Positions 49,852 through 59,505 of a stretch of DNA of 64,000 nt are shown here, piece by piece. Below the pieces are notes generated by a model. That model made no database searches, was not told the origin of the DNA, and saw nothing but the letters and a program-made list of their open reading frames with translations. This DNA comes from Verrucomicrobiales bacterium. GTDB taxonomy: Bacteria > Verrucomicrobiota > Verrucomicrobiia > Verrucomicrobiales > V1-33. The DNA is taken from the NCBI GenBank assembly GCA_031411295.1, contig JANOAV010000044.1:10472-74471 (forward strand), in the 5' to 3' direction. Within the stretch, counting starts at the first letter, position 1. Each line of letters begins with the position of its first letter. The position numbers and the translations under genes were made by a program.

Positions 49852-52550
49852 AGTGCACGATCACACTCATTACCGGCCTGCTCGCGCCGCTGGCCGCGCT
49901 GCACGCAGCCGACAACGCCAGGAAGTCCGGCCAGGAAAACGGGTCGCCCGTTCACAAAAATGGTCCCGGGACGATCAACCGCGATGGCGATGCGGTCGAG
50001 TTGGGCAACGGTTTGGTGAAAGCGCGGTGCGAACCGCAGGCTGGCGCGGTCCGGCAAAGATTCTTCGCCCGTCGGGAGGGGGGCTGGGTCTTGGTGGCCG
50101 AGTCCTTTCGCCCGCCCCGTCCGTTTCCCGAAGGCGGCAACAAGCTCTTCCAAAGCGATGCCGCCGCGGCGCGCTGGCTCGTCAGCGAGGTTTTGACGAA
50201 CGTCGAAGCAGCCACCGCAGCGGATGGCACGCCGCTCATCCGACTCAGCGGGCTGCAACGGGAGGCTTCCGTGGAGCAAACGATCCGTTTGCCATCAAGC
50301 GGACGGAATTTCCATATCGAAGTCTCCGCCCGCATCCCCGGCACCGCCCCGAAGCTCGACTACCTGCTCTCGACCTTCACCTTCGAATTGGATCGCGTGC
50401 CGGAGTTCGTCCACACGCCGACGCTCAAATACACCGAGCCGCGCTGGCCCGGCGCGGGTCGCGATCAGGTGCTCGGGGACCGCTCCTTCCACGCTCCGGC
50501 GGTAATCCTCCAGGATGCGGGGCTCTTCGCCGCCCTCGTGCCCGACCTCGCGGCAATCAACGCCTATCGCGTCGTCTCGCCAGATGCGCGTCGCACGATG
50601 AATGTGCCGCGAAACCAATTCTCGGTTCCCGTAGAACCAGACAAATACACCATGCCAACTGCGCTGGACCTGAATGCCGCCTCCGGCCTCACCGCAAAGC
50701 GAATTATGTCCTTCGGCATGATGGATAACGTCGTCTCGCACCATGTTCGGTATTTGCGGTCGAATGATGGCGCGATGGCCCGCACGTTGGCGCAGTCGGA
50801 TGTGCGTTACGCATTCGATATTTTCGTTAGTGCCGATGCGCCTGCGCAGCGCGGCTATCAGGACATCACACGGTTTCAGTGGGAGCGTTACGGTCACAAA
50901 GTTTTTGCCGAACGACCACATCTGGCGATGCCCTTTGCCGAGTATGTGCGCGTCACCACCGCAGCGAACCTCAAGCCACTCGGCAAGGTGCATCCGCCCG
51001 TGGCCGGCGTGCCCGACACCGGTTCGTTCCTTTCTTTCGACCTGCAAGGGCAGCCCGTGGGCGGCTATGGCAGCCCGGTTCCCTCCATGCACGACATGTT
51101 GAGCAATAGCGAATTCTGGAACAACGTCCGGGATGCCGTGGGGATGTATGAATGGGGCAAACGCTGCGGCAATGCACAGTTCGTGGACATGGCACAACGC
51201 ACCATCAACCTCGCGTTGCTCGCGCCACAGGATGCGCGCGGCATGTTCCCGCTGAACTACCGGGTCGGTTCGGGAAAGTGGGTGAAGTCGATGTTCACCG
51301 CCGCGCCGGGCAAACCGTCGCAACTCTTCTCCGCCGTGAATGACGAGGGCGACACCTACGACGTGGTGGCCATGAGCCGCACCGCAGCCCACCTGCTGAA
51401 TTACTACCAGCGCTGTGGGCAGGACGCGCGCATCTTGGACTTTGCGACCCGATACGCGGATGGCTTGCTGCTGCTGGTGGATGCCGAGGGTGCCGTGCCC
51501 TCGTATGTCTCGGCCACCAACCACACGCCCTACGCTCCACTCGCCCGCAGCGCTCAGGACGCCACCACCATGCAGTTCCTGGCCGAACTTTCCCGCATCA
51601 CCAAACAACCGCGCTATCTTGAAGCCGCGCGACGCATCGGTGACCGGCTGATCCGCGAAGTCCTACCGAACCAATTGTGGAAGGATCTCGAGCAATACTA
51701 CTCCTGCGGTGCCAAACCGCTGGACTTCGCTGGCGACACCGAACAGGGCCAGCCCGCGCAGGGTAACCTCTCGACTTATTGGGCGGCCGATGGTTTCGCG
51801 GCGCTCTACCGCGCCACCGAGGACAAACGATACCTCGACGCCGGCGAGCGCTGCGTGGACTACCTCACGTTCAGCCAGTGCTGCTGGGAGCCGCATTTCA
51901 TCTACACCGCGTTTCCCTTCGGCGGCATCACCGCGGACAACGCCGACACCGCAAATTTCCTGGACGCGCGCCAGTGTGAAGCGGTCGCGCCGCTGGCGTG
52001 GTATGGGCGCACGCTGGGCCGGCAGGATTTGCTGGAGCGGGCCGTCGCCGCCGCGCGCTCGTCGGTGGTGCTCATCAACCATCCGCGTCACCAGGGCGCG
52101 AACAACATCTACCGGCACACAAACCTTTACCCGGTCGGGCTTGGCCCGGAGAACATTGACCACGAAGGCCACCCGCAATCCGCCATGCGCACCCACCCAA
52201 GCTGGGGCGAAGCCTCGGGAGTGTTCACCGGTTTGGCCGAAGCCCTCGCGCAACTGGGCGGCGCGTATGTGGACCTGGAGCGGAAGCTCGCCGTCGGTGT
52301 TGACGGGCTGCGCATTGACTCGGCTGCGCTCGACGGCCGGAGCCTCGGACTCGCCGTTGTCGCGTCGCTCGCCAAACTGTCACAACCTTGGGATCAAGCC
52401 TACCAAACGGAACTGCGCGTCGTGGGATTGAAGCCGGGGAAATACCAACTGGTGATCAACGATGAACCGGCGGTCGAAATGACCGCGGAAGAGCTAAGCC
52501 ACTGTTCGCTGACCGTGCCACCCGATGGAAAGGTGCGGGCAGGACGATGA
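49848..52550 (+). CDS. Secreted 900-aa protein of unknown function, probable alpha/alpha-toroid domain
   Basis: Signal peptide LLAPLAALHAAD; repeated 'LAEL..T...YLEAA' and 'LYRAT.DKRYLDAG' helices typical of alpha/alpha barrels. Confidence 0.7.
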   Translation: MKCTITLITGLLAPLAALHAADNARKSGQENGSPVHKNGPGTINRDGDAVELGNGLVKARCEPQAGAVRQRFFARREGGWVLVAESFRPPRPFPEGGNKLFQSDAAAARWLVSEVLTNVEAATAADGTPLIRLSGLQREASVEQTIRLPSSGRNFHIEVSARIPGTAPKLDYLLSTFTFELDRVPEFVHTPTLKYTEPRWPGAGRDQVLGDRSFHAPAVILQDAGLFAALVPDLAAINAYRVVSPDARRTMNVPRNQFSVPVEPDKYTMPTALDLNAASGLTAKRIMSFGMMDNVVSHHVRYLRSNDGAMARTLAQSDVRYAFDIFVSADAPAQRGYQDITRFQWERYGHKVFAERPHLAMPFAEYVRVTTAANLKPLGKVHPPVAGVPDTGSFLSFDLQGQPVGGYGSPVPSMHDMLSNSEFWNNVRDAVGMYEWGKRCGNAQFVDMAQRTINLALLAPQDARGMFPLNYRVGSGKWVKSMFTAAPGKPSQLFSAVNDEGDTYDVVAMSRTAAHLLNYYQRCGQDARILDFATRYADGLLLLVDAEGAVPSYVSATNHTPYAPLARSAQDATTMQFLAELSRITKQPRYLEAARRIGDRLIREVLPNQLWKDLEQYYSCGAKPLDFAGDTEQGQPAQGNLSTYWAADGFAALYRATEDKRYLDAGERCVDYLTFSQCCWEPHFIYTAFPFGGITADNADTANFLDARQCEAVAPLAWYGRTLGRQDLLERAVAAARSSVVLINHPRHQGANNIYRHTNLYPVGLGPENIDHEGHPQSAMRTHPSWGEASGVFTGLAEALAQLGGAYVDLERKLAVGVDGLRIDSAALDGRSLGLAVVASLAKLSQPWDQAYQTELRVVGLKPGKYQLVINDEPAVEMTAEELSHCSLTVPPDGKVRAGR

Positions 52551-52612
52551 GCACGCACTCTCCTTTCGGGGAAACCCCATACAGCGTGAAATACATCAAC
52601 CAAAAAAAACAC

Positions 52613-54214
52613 ATGAATAGGCTCGTATTCCTAACTTATCTCACAGCTCTGCTCCTTGCGCCGCTGGCTGCGCTGGCAGCCTCCGACTCACTACAGCCTG
52701 CCTCGGCGGCAAAGCCGAACATTGTCTTCATCCTCATCAATGACATGCCGTGGTTCGGCACGCCGGTGCGGATGGAGGCGGACAATCCGGCCTCGGCCAT
52801 GGCTTTTAGGAACATGCCCAATGTCCAGAAACTGGCCGCCCAAGGCATGACCTTCCGCAATGCGCGGGCTGCCGCTGGGATGTGCGCCCCCTCGCGCTGC
52901 TCCCTCATGACCGGGATGATGACGGCGCATCACCTCTACAGCGGCAATGGTGGATTTGGAGAGAAGACGGATGGCACCGTCAAATACATGTCCCGCAAAG
53001 CAGATGCCACGCTGCCACTGCTCTATCCGGAACCGCAGGGCAACATTCGGTTTCCGTCCATTGGCGAGGTGTTGAAAACCTCGGGTTACGCCACGGCCCA
53101 CTTTGGTAAATGGCATCTCTATGGCGGCGGTCCTGAAAAACACGGCTTCGACGAAAGTGATGGTGAAACCGACAACAAAACTTTCCGCCCGAATGACCCG
53201 GTGATCGGAAAGAAGACTGATACTTCCGAAGATCCGAAGTTCATCTTCAGTATTACCAAGCGCAGTGTGGACTTCATGGAACGCCAGACCAAGGCGGGCA
53301 AACCTTTCTTTGTGCAACTTTCCCACTATGCGACACATGCCGCCTATCAGGCCCGCAAGGCCACGTTGGAGAAAAACGAAAAGAACCCGGTGTTCGCGAA
53401 GATCGAGAGCAAACGCGAGCGGGCGAATGCCATTCTTTGCGCAGCCATGGCCGAAGACCTCGATACCTCCATCGGCATGGTGATGGCAAAGTTGGATGAA
53501 CTGGGCATTGCCCAGAACACGATCGTCGTGTTTACTGCTGACAACGGCTACCAAGGTTGGAACGAAACGCATGATCCTCTGCGCGGTGGCAAGTGGTGGC
53601 TCTGGGAAGATGGCGTGCGGGTGCCGCTCATCATCCGTGGGCCGGGCATTCCGGCCGCTTCACGCAGTGCGTTCAACGTGGCTGGCTACGATTTCCTGCC
53701 CACCTTCGCTGATTTTGCGGGAGCCGCGAGCCATCAATCCAAGGACGTGGACGGCATTAGTCTAAAGCCCGTGTTGCTGAATCAGCCACTGCCGGAAAGT
53801 CTGACCAATCGCGCGCTCTACTTCCACTATCCGCACTATCGCGTCTCGCCACCCTGCTCAGCCATTGTGCAGGGCGACATGAAATTACTGCACTTCTACG
53901 AGTGGCCGGACGAGTCCTTTCTTTACAACCTAACGAGCGATCTGGGAGAGCGCAGCAATCTGGCCAAAGCCAAACCCGAGGTCGCAGCCAAGATGCAACA
54001 GGACCTGATGGAACGACTAAAGTCCGTCGGCGGTTACTTCCCGAAACCCAATCCGCAGGCTGATCCGCAAGCCAAGCGCTACGATCCAAATAACCTTGCC
54101 GATCAAGGTGAAGCAGGCGATCCCGATGCTGACGGAGATGAGAATAAACCCGCTGTAAAACCCCAGAAGGAGAAGCCGAAAAAGAAAGCAGGAAAAACTG
54201 AAACCAGTAAGTGA
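52613..54214 (+). CDS. Cys-type sulfatase
   Basis: PNIVFILINDM, CAPSR, GKWHL, ADNG and GGK..LWEDGVRVP motifs; Lys-rich tail. Confidence 0.9.
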   Translation: MNRLVFLTYLTALLLAPLAALAASDSLQPASAAKPNIVFILINDMPWFGTPVRMEADNPASAMAFRNMPNVQKLAAQGMTFRNARAAAGMCAPSRCSLMTGMMTAHHLYSGNGGFGEKTDGTVKYMSRKADATLPLLYPEPQGNIRFPSIGEVLKTSGYATAHFGKWHLYGGGPEKHGFDESDGETDNKTFRPNDPVIGKKTDTSEDPKFIFSITKRSVDFMERQTKAGKPFFVQLSHYATHAAYQARKATLEKNEKNPVFAKIESKRERANAILCAAMAEDLDTSIGMVMAKLDELGIAQNTIVVFTADNGYQGWNETHDPLRGGKWWLWEDGVRVPLIIRGPGIPAASRSAFNVAGYDFLPTFADFAGAASHQSKDVDGISLKPVLLNQPLPESLTNRALYFHYPHYRVSPPCSAIVQGDMKLLHFYEWPDESFLYNLTSDLGERSNLAKAKPEVAAKMQQDLMERLKSVGGYFPKPNPQADPQAKRYDPNNLADQGEAGDPDADGDENKPAVKPQKEKPKKKAGKTETSK

Positions 54215-54255
54215 CTGCGGCAACAAGTCTTGATTATCCTAACGATTGAATCCAA

Positions 54256-55761
54256 ATGAAGAACCCCATTATCCTACTCACCGCCCTGCTGCTGACATCG
54301 CTGCCCGCCGCCGAGGGCCAGCCTGCAAAGCCTGTCGCCAAGCCGAACATCATCTTTATCATGGCGGATGATCTTGGATGGACGGACACCGCAACCTACG
54401 GCAGCAAATACTACGAAACGCCAAATATTGACCGGCTCGCGACGCAGGGCATTCAGCTCCTGAGCCATCATCATTGTCAGAATTGCACCCCCACCCGCGC
54501 GGCCTTGATGAGCGGGCAGTATGGTGCCCGCACCGGCGTATATACTGTCGGTGGCATCGGTCGCTTCGACTGGAGCGCGCGTCCCCTGCGGCCCGTGGAC
54601 AACGTCACCGAACTGCCCCTCGACCGTGATATCATTGCGAAGCAACTGAAGGCCGGCGGATACGCGACGGGGATGTTTGGCAAATGGCACATTGGCGAAA
54701 GCGGCGAGTTTCATCCAGGCAACCGGGGCTTCGATGAAGCCATCGTCAGTATGGGCGTCCATTTCAATTTCAAAACCAACCCGAAGACCGATTATCCGAA
54801 GGGCGAATACCTCGCGGACTTCCTCACTGACAAAGCGGTGGATTTCATCACTCGTCACAAGGACGAACCGTTCTTCCTCTACCTGCCGCATTTCGGCGTG
54901 CATTCGCCACACCAAGCGAAGGCGGATCTCATCGCGAAGTTCAAGCCCAAGCCCGGTGTCGGCGGTCACAACGATCCGACTTACGCTGCCATGATCGCCA
55001 GCGTGGACGAGAGCGTGGGCCGCGTGATGAAGACGCTCGATGATTTGAAACTTGCCGACAACACCGTGCTCATCTTCACGAGCGACAACGGCGGCGTGGG
55101 TGGTTACGATCGCCCCGACGGCGTCATTCGTGAGCCGGGCAAGGAGGTTAAGCCCAAGCAGAAAGCGGACGACGAAGACGGCGGAGGGATCACCGACAAC
55201 GCCCCGCTCCGCAGCGGCAAGGGCAGCCTCTACGAAGGCGGCACGCGCGAGCCGTTCATCGTCCGCTGGCCGGGTGTGACGAAACCCGGCTCCACATGCG
55301 AAGTGCCGACTGCTCACGTGGATATCTTTCCCACCTTCCTTGAACTGGGCTCCGCGCCAAAACCGCGTCAGGTGCTCGACGGTGAGAGTTTGGTGAAACT
55401 CTTCCGCGATCCAGCAGCGAAGCTCCAGCGCGACGCCATTTTCCAGCATTTCCCAGGCTATCTCGGTTACGGCGCTAACAGCTGGCGGACCACGCCAGTC
55501 AGCCTGATTCAAATGGGCGATTGGAAACTCATGGAGTATCTTGAGGACGGAAAGCTGGAGCTTTATAACCTCCATGACGACATTGGCGAAACGAAGAACC
55601 TCGCGATGGAAATGCCAGACAAAGCAAAAGAACTCCACGTCCGTCTCGTCGCTTGGCGCAAGGAAGTCAACGCGCCGATGCCGACCAAGAACGACGGAGC
55701 CGCAGCCGGTGATCCTGCGAAGAAAAAGGGGAAGGGCAAAGGGAAGGCGAAGGAGGAGTAA
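54256..55761 (+). CDS. Cys-type sulfatase
   Basis: PNIIFIMADDLGW, CTPTR, GKWH, SDNGG and GKGSLYEGG motifs; Lys-rich tail. Confidence 0.93.
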   Translation: MKNPIILLTALLLTSLPAAEGQPAKPVAKPNIIFIMADDLGWTDTATYGSKYYETPNIDRLATQGIQLLSHHHCQNCTPTRAALMSGQYGARTGVYTVGGIGRFDWSARPLRPVDNVTELPLDRDIIAKQLKAGGYATGMFGKWHIGESGEFHPGNRGFDEAIVSMGVHFNFKTNPKTDYPKGEYLADFLTDKAVDFITRHKDEPFFLYLPHFGVHSPHQAKADLIAKFKPKPGVGGHNDPTYAAMIASVDESVGRVMKTLDDLKLADNTVLIFTSDNGGVGGYDRPDGVIREPGKEVKPKQKADDEDGGGITDNAPLRSGKGSLYEGGTREPFIVRWPGVTKPGSTCEVPTAHVDIFPTFLELGSAPKPRQVLDGESLVKLFRDPAAKLQRDAIFQHFPGYLGYGANSWRTTPVSLIQMGDWKLMEYLEDGKLELYNLHDDIGETKNLAMEMPDKAKELHVRLVAWRKEVNAPMPTKNDGAAAGDPAKKKGKGKGKAKEE

Positions 55762-55819
55762 ATCTTTTAGACCAAGCCAGCCAGACCACGTTCCCATACC
55801 ACTTATCCCTAACTGCATC

Positions 55820-57376
55820 ATGAAACACCTCCTAACGCTCGCTCTGCTGTTCGTTTCCCTAGCCGCGCTCAATGCCGCTGACCGCAAGCCGAACGTCGTC
55901 CTGATCCTCATCGACGACTTCGGCTACGAATGCGTTACGGCCAACGGGGGTGAAAGCTACCGGACGCCCGTGATGGACAAGCTCACTGCGACTGGTGTGC
56001 GCTTCGAGCAATGCCATGCGCAGCCGCTCTGCACGCCGACGCGTGCGCAGTTGATGACCGGAATTGGCAATTGTCGCAATTACACACGCTTCGGCCATCT
56101 CGATCCCTCGCAAAAGACGTTTGGTAATCTGCTCAAGGGTGCTGGTTACGCGACTTGCATCACGGGTAAGTGGCAACTCAAGGGAGATTTCGAAGGCCCC
56201 GCGCATTTCGGCTTCGATGAATACGCGCTTTGGCAACTCACGCGTCGTCCGGGTCGCTACCAGAATCCTGGCCTCGAGATCAACGGCAAGCTCCACGACT
56301 ACACGCAGAACGAATACGGTCCCGATATCGTGAACGATTACGCGCTTGATTTCATCACGCGCAAGAAAGACGCGCCGTTTTTCCTGTATTACCCGATGAT
56401 GCTCACGCACTCGCCTTATGATGCGACGCCCGACAGTCCGGATTATCTGGAAGCAAAGGCTCGCAAAGAAAAGGGCAAGGGAGGTTCGGGACATTTCCCG
56501 GACATGGTTGCCTACACTGACAAACTCATCGGCAAGCTGGTCGCCAAACTGGAAGAACTGAAGCTGCGCGACAACACGCTCATCCTCATCCTCGGGGACA
56601 ACGGCACGGGCAAGGGCACGCCGTCTCGTTTCAAGGGGCGCGATGTTGTCGGCGGCAAAAGCACGCCCACGATGTGGGGCACGCATGTGCCAGGCATCGG
56701 CAACTGGCCCGGCCAATTCGCCAACGGCAAGGTCTCTACTGACATGATCGACACTACGGATTTTCTGCCAACTATTTGCGAGGCCACCGGCACCGCGGTT
56801 CCCGCAGAGTTGAAAATTGACGGCCGCAGTTTCCTGCCGCAACTGCGCGGGGAAAAAGGCAATCCGCGCGACGGGCTTTATGTTTGGTATAATCCCAGTG
56901 GCGGACCAACTGCCAAGTTCGAGTTCGCGCACGACCAGAACTACAAGCTCTACAGCGACGGCAAGTTCTTCCATGTGGCGAAGGATGATCTCGAAAAATT
57001 CCCTCTCGCAGCCGACGCGCTCGATGACAACGCCAAGGCCGCCAAGGTGAAACTGCAAGCCTTACTCGATCAGCACAAGGGCCCACGGGCCGCAGATTTC
57101 GCGAAGCAGGGTGAAGCCTTCGGCGGTGAAACAAGCGAGGATGCAGCTGCAAAAAAGACGCCGCAAGGTGCGACGAAAACGCAACCCAAGGAGGAGGCCG
57201 ATCCCATGGTGGCTCGTTTCGGACAACGGGATCTCAATCACGATAACAAATTGAGTTGGGACGAATTCGAGAAAACTGCGTCAGGCAAGAGTGGTGTCAA
57301 AGCACGGTTTGAAATGTTCGATTCCGACAAGGATGGATTCGTCTCGCGCGAGGAATTCTTGAAACCCAGCAAATAA
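55820..57376 (+). CDS. Cys-type sulfatase with C-terminal EF-hand pair
   Basis: PNVVLILIDD, CTPTR, GKWQL and GDNG motifs; DLNHDNKLSWDEF and DSDKDGFVSREEF. Confidence 0.92.
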   Translation: MKHLLTLALLFVSLAALNAADRKPNVVLILIDDFGYECVTANGGESYRTPVMDKLTATGVRFEQCHAQPLCTPTRAQLMTGIGNCRNYTRFGHLDPSQKTFGNLLKGAGYATCITGKWQLKGDFEGPAHFGFDEYALWQLTRRPGRYQNPGLEINGKLHDYTQNEYGPDIVNDYALDFITRKKDAPFFLYYPMMLTHSPYDATPDSPDYLEAKARKEKGKGGSGHFPDMVAYTDKLIGKLVAKLEELKLRDNTLILILGDNGTGKGTPSRFKGRDVVGGKSTPTMWGTHVPGIGNWPGQFANGKVSTDMIDTTDFLPTICEATGTAVPAELKIDGRSFLPQLRGEKGNPRDGLYVWYNPSGGPTAKFEFAHDQNYKLYSDGKFFHVAKDDLEKFPLAADALDDNAKAAKVKLQALLDQHKGPRAADFAKQGEAFGGETSEDAAAKKTPQGATKTQPKEEADPMVARFGQRDLNHDNKLSWDEFEKTASGKSGVKARFEMFDSDKDGFVSREEFLKPSK

Positions 57377-57410
57377 CGGCACCCGGTCCAAACCAATTCA
57401 ATTTGATCAG

Positions 57411-59330
57411 ATGAAACAACCCATCACACTGCTCCTCTCCCTGCTGCTGTCATCGATAACCGCAATCCACGCAGCGGATGCAGCCAAGCCCAATGTGGTC
57501 TATCTGTTAGCCGATGATCTTGGCTGGAGTGACCTCAGCGTGCATCCGGGCGGCAGCATTCCGACTCCTAATATCGATAAACTTTTCAAACAGGGCGTTG
57601 AGTTACAGAACTTCATGGGTTGGTGCGTTTGTTCACCAACCCGTGCGATGCTCCTCACAGGCCGCCATCCCTATCGGGTCGGCACCGGACCGGAGGTCGG
57701 AGGGGAACTGGCGAAGGAGGAAACGACGATTGCCGAGGGATTCAAGGCAAATGGCTATCGCACGGGCGTGTTTGGCAAATGGCACAATGGCGATGATCCC
57801 GACACGCCGGAGTATCGCGCGGCCTTTACCGAGGCGTTCAAGGACATGCCGAATAAGAAAGTTTCCGGTGGATTCGGGGCGAATGAACACGGCTTCGATG
57901 AAGCGTGGATCTATTATGGCGGCGGGGCGGATTACTTCACGCGTCGCACCGTCAGTGGCAGGGGGCCAGTGAGTTGGTGGCATAATCGGGAGTTCCGCGC
58001 GCAGGATGCAGGCTATACGGAGGACTTCATCGTGCAGCATGCCGTGGAGTTCATTCGTGAAAACAAGGCGCGGCCGTTCTTCTGCTACGTGCCATTTCAC
58101 ATCGTTCATGCGCCGTTGCAGGCCAAGGAATCCGACCTCAAAGACGTGGACCCGAAGGTGACCGATGAAACCAAACGAACCTACGCAGCGATGGTGCAGG
58201 CCTTGGACAAGAATGTTGGCATCCTCCTCCACGAACTCGACCAACTGGGCCTGCGGGAGAACACCATCGTCGTCCTAACGAGCGACAACGGTGCGACCAA
58301 AGATGGCTGCAATCTCCCGTTCAAAGGCGGCAAGCACAGCGTTTACGAAGGTGGCACGCACCTGCCAACCGTGATTCATTGGCCGCAGGGCAAAGTAGCC
58401 GAACGCCCATGGAACGGTCTCTGCGGAGCGCTCGATATGTTTCCCACCTTGATGGCGATGGCGGATTTGAAAATGCCCGCAACGCGCCCGCTCGATGGCA
58501 AGAACATTTGGCCTGCGCTGCGTGAGAACGCCAACAGCCCGGTGGATAGCTACTATTGGACTTGGCGCGATGAGGACACCATCCGGACGGCAGACTGGCG
58601 CATGCATCGTTTCTTCGATCGCAGCGAACTCTTCGACATCCGCACCGACCTTGGCGAAACGAAGAACGTCGCAGACGCGCATCCTGACGTCGTGAAATCA
58701 CTCACCTCCAAGATGACCACCTGGGCGGATTCCTTGGGCGCGGCCCTGAGCCACCAACCAGCCTCCGCCAAGCTCGATAACAAACCGACGCCTGCAGGAG
58801 AAGTGCTCGAAGTCACCGTGACCGTGACGGCACAGGCAAAGCCAAAGGATCAAGTGATCGTGCCCATCGCGAACCTTCAAGCCAATCAACTTGCCACTGA
58901 CTACATCGAGTATGACATCGCCACGGCACCGGATAGCCTGCGTCGGGGCTTCTACTATTCCCCATTCAAAGGCAACGACGCGAAATCCATGGCCCTTAAT
59001 TTCAAACGAGGCGAAGGTATTGACCAGTTCGGTCGCGAGCAATCCACGGGTCCCGAAATCAAAGGCGGCCCGGGTGTGTGGGAACATCGTGTCATCGGTC
59101 TTTGCAGCAGCGCCCCAGGCATCCTGCCTCGTCACGCTCTCGTCTGCAAAGGCGGCAAACCCGGCACCTACAAAGTTTATTTGGACAACCTCCGCATCCG
59201 CCACGCGGACGGCACCACCACTCCAATCTGGACCACTGGCAAAGACACAAAATTCAAAGCCATCCCCGATAGCGAAATGTTTACCAATGTAAACGTGCGG
59301 GCCGTGGCAGCCTCTGATGTTCATCCATAG
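57411..59330 (+). CDS. Cys-type sulfatase with extra C-terminal beta domain
   Basis: PNVVYLLADDLGW, CSPTR, GKWH, SDNG and GGKHSVYEGG motifs; ~180-aa C-terminal extension ending VYLDNLRI. Confidence 0.92.
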   Translation: MKQPITLLLSLLLSSITAIHAADAAKPNVVYLLADDLGWSDLSVHPGGSIPTPNIDKLFKQGVELQNFMGWCVCSPTRAMLLTGRHPYRVGTGPEVGGELAKEETTIAEGFKANGYRTGVFGKWHNGDDPDTPEYRAAFTEAFKDMPNKKVSGGFGANEHGFDEAWIYYGGGADYFTRRTVSGRGPVSWWHNREFRAQDAGYTEDFIVQHAVEFIRENKARPFFCYVPFHIVHAPLQAKESDLKDVDPKVTDETKRTYAAMVQALDKNVGILLHELDQLGLRENTIVVLTSDNGATKDGCNLPFKGGKHSVYEGGTHLPTVIHWPQGKVAERPWNGLCGALDMFPTLMAMADLKMPATRPLDGKNIWPALRENANSPVDSYYWTWRDEDTIRTADWRMHRFFDRSELFDIRTDLGETKNVADAHPDVVKSLTSKMTTWADSLGAALSHQPASAKLDNKPTPAGEVLEVTVTVTAQAKPKDQVIVPIANLQANQLATDYIEYDIATAPDSLRRGFYYSPFKGNDAKSMALNFKRGEGIDQFGREQSTGPEIKGGPGVWEHRVIGLCSSAPGILPRHALVCKGGKPGTYKVYLDNLRIRHADGTTTPIWTTGKDTKFKAIPDSEMFTNVNVRAVAASDVHP

Positions 59331-59505
59331 GAGTCTAAAGTGGATTCGCTGCGCAGCGCTTCGCTAAATGATGGCCTCGGTTCTGTTCTGCGTTATCCGG
59401 CCCGTGAATCCTCATGGCTCGATGCCCGCGCGGTTGCGTAACAGAAGGACCGATACCGCAGGAAGAATATTGCATAATTAAACTCCCTTCTATTAAATCG
59501 AGACT

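Noticed and set aside
54274..55911. Long antisense ORFs (e.g. 545 aa here; also 48472-49683, 50295-51608, 55859-57058, 11779-12768)
   Set aside because: These are shadow frames opposite well-supported genes, expected from high-GC codon bias, and carry no recognisable motifs.
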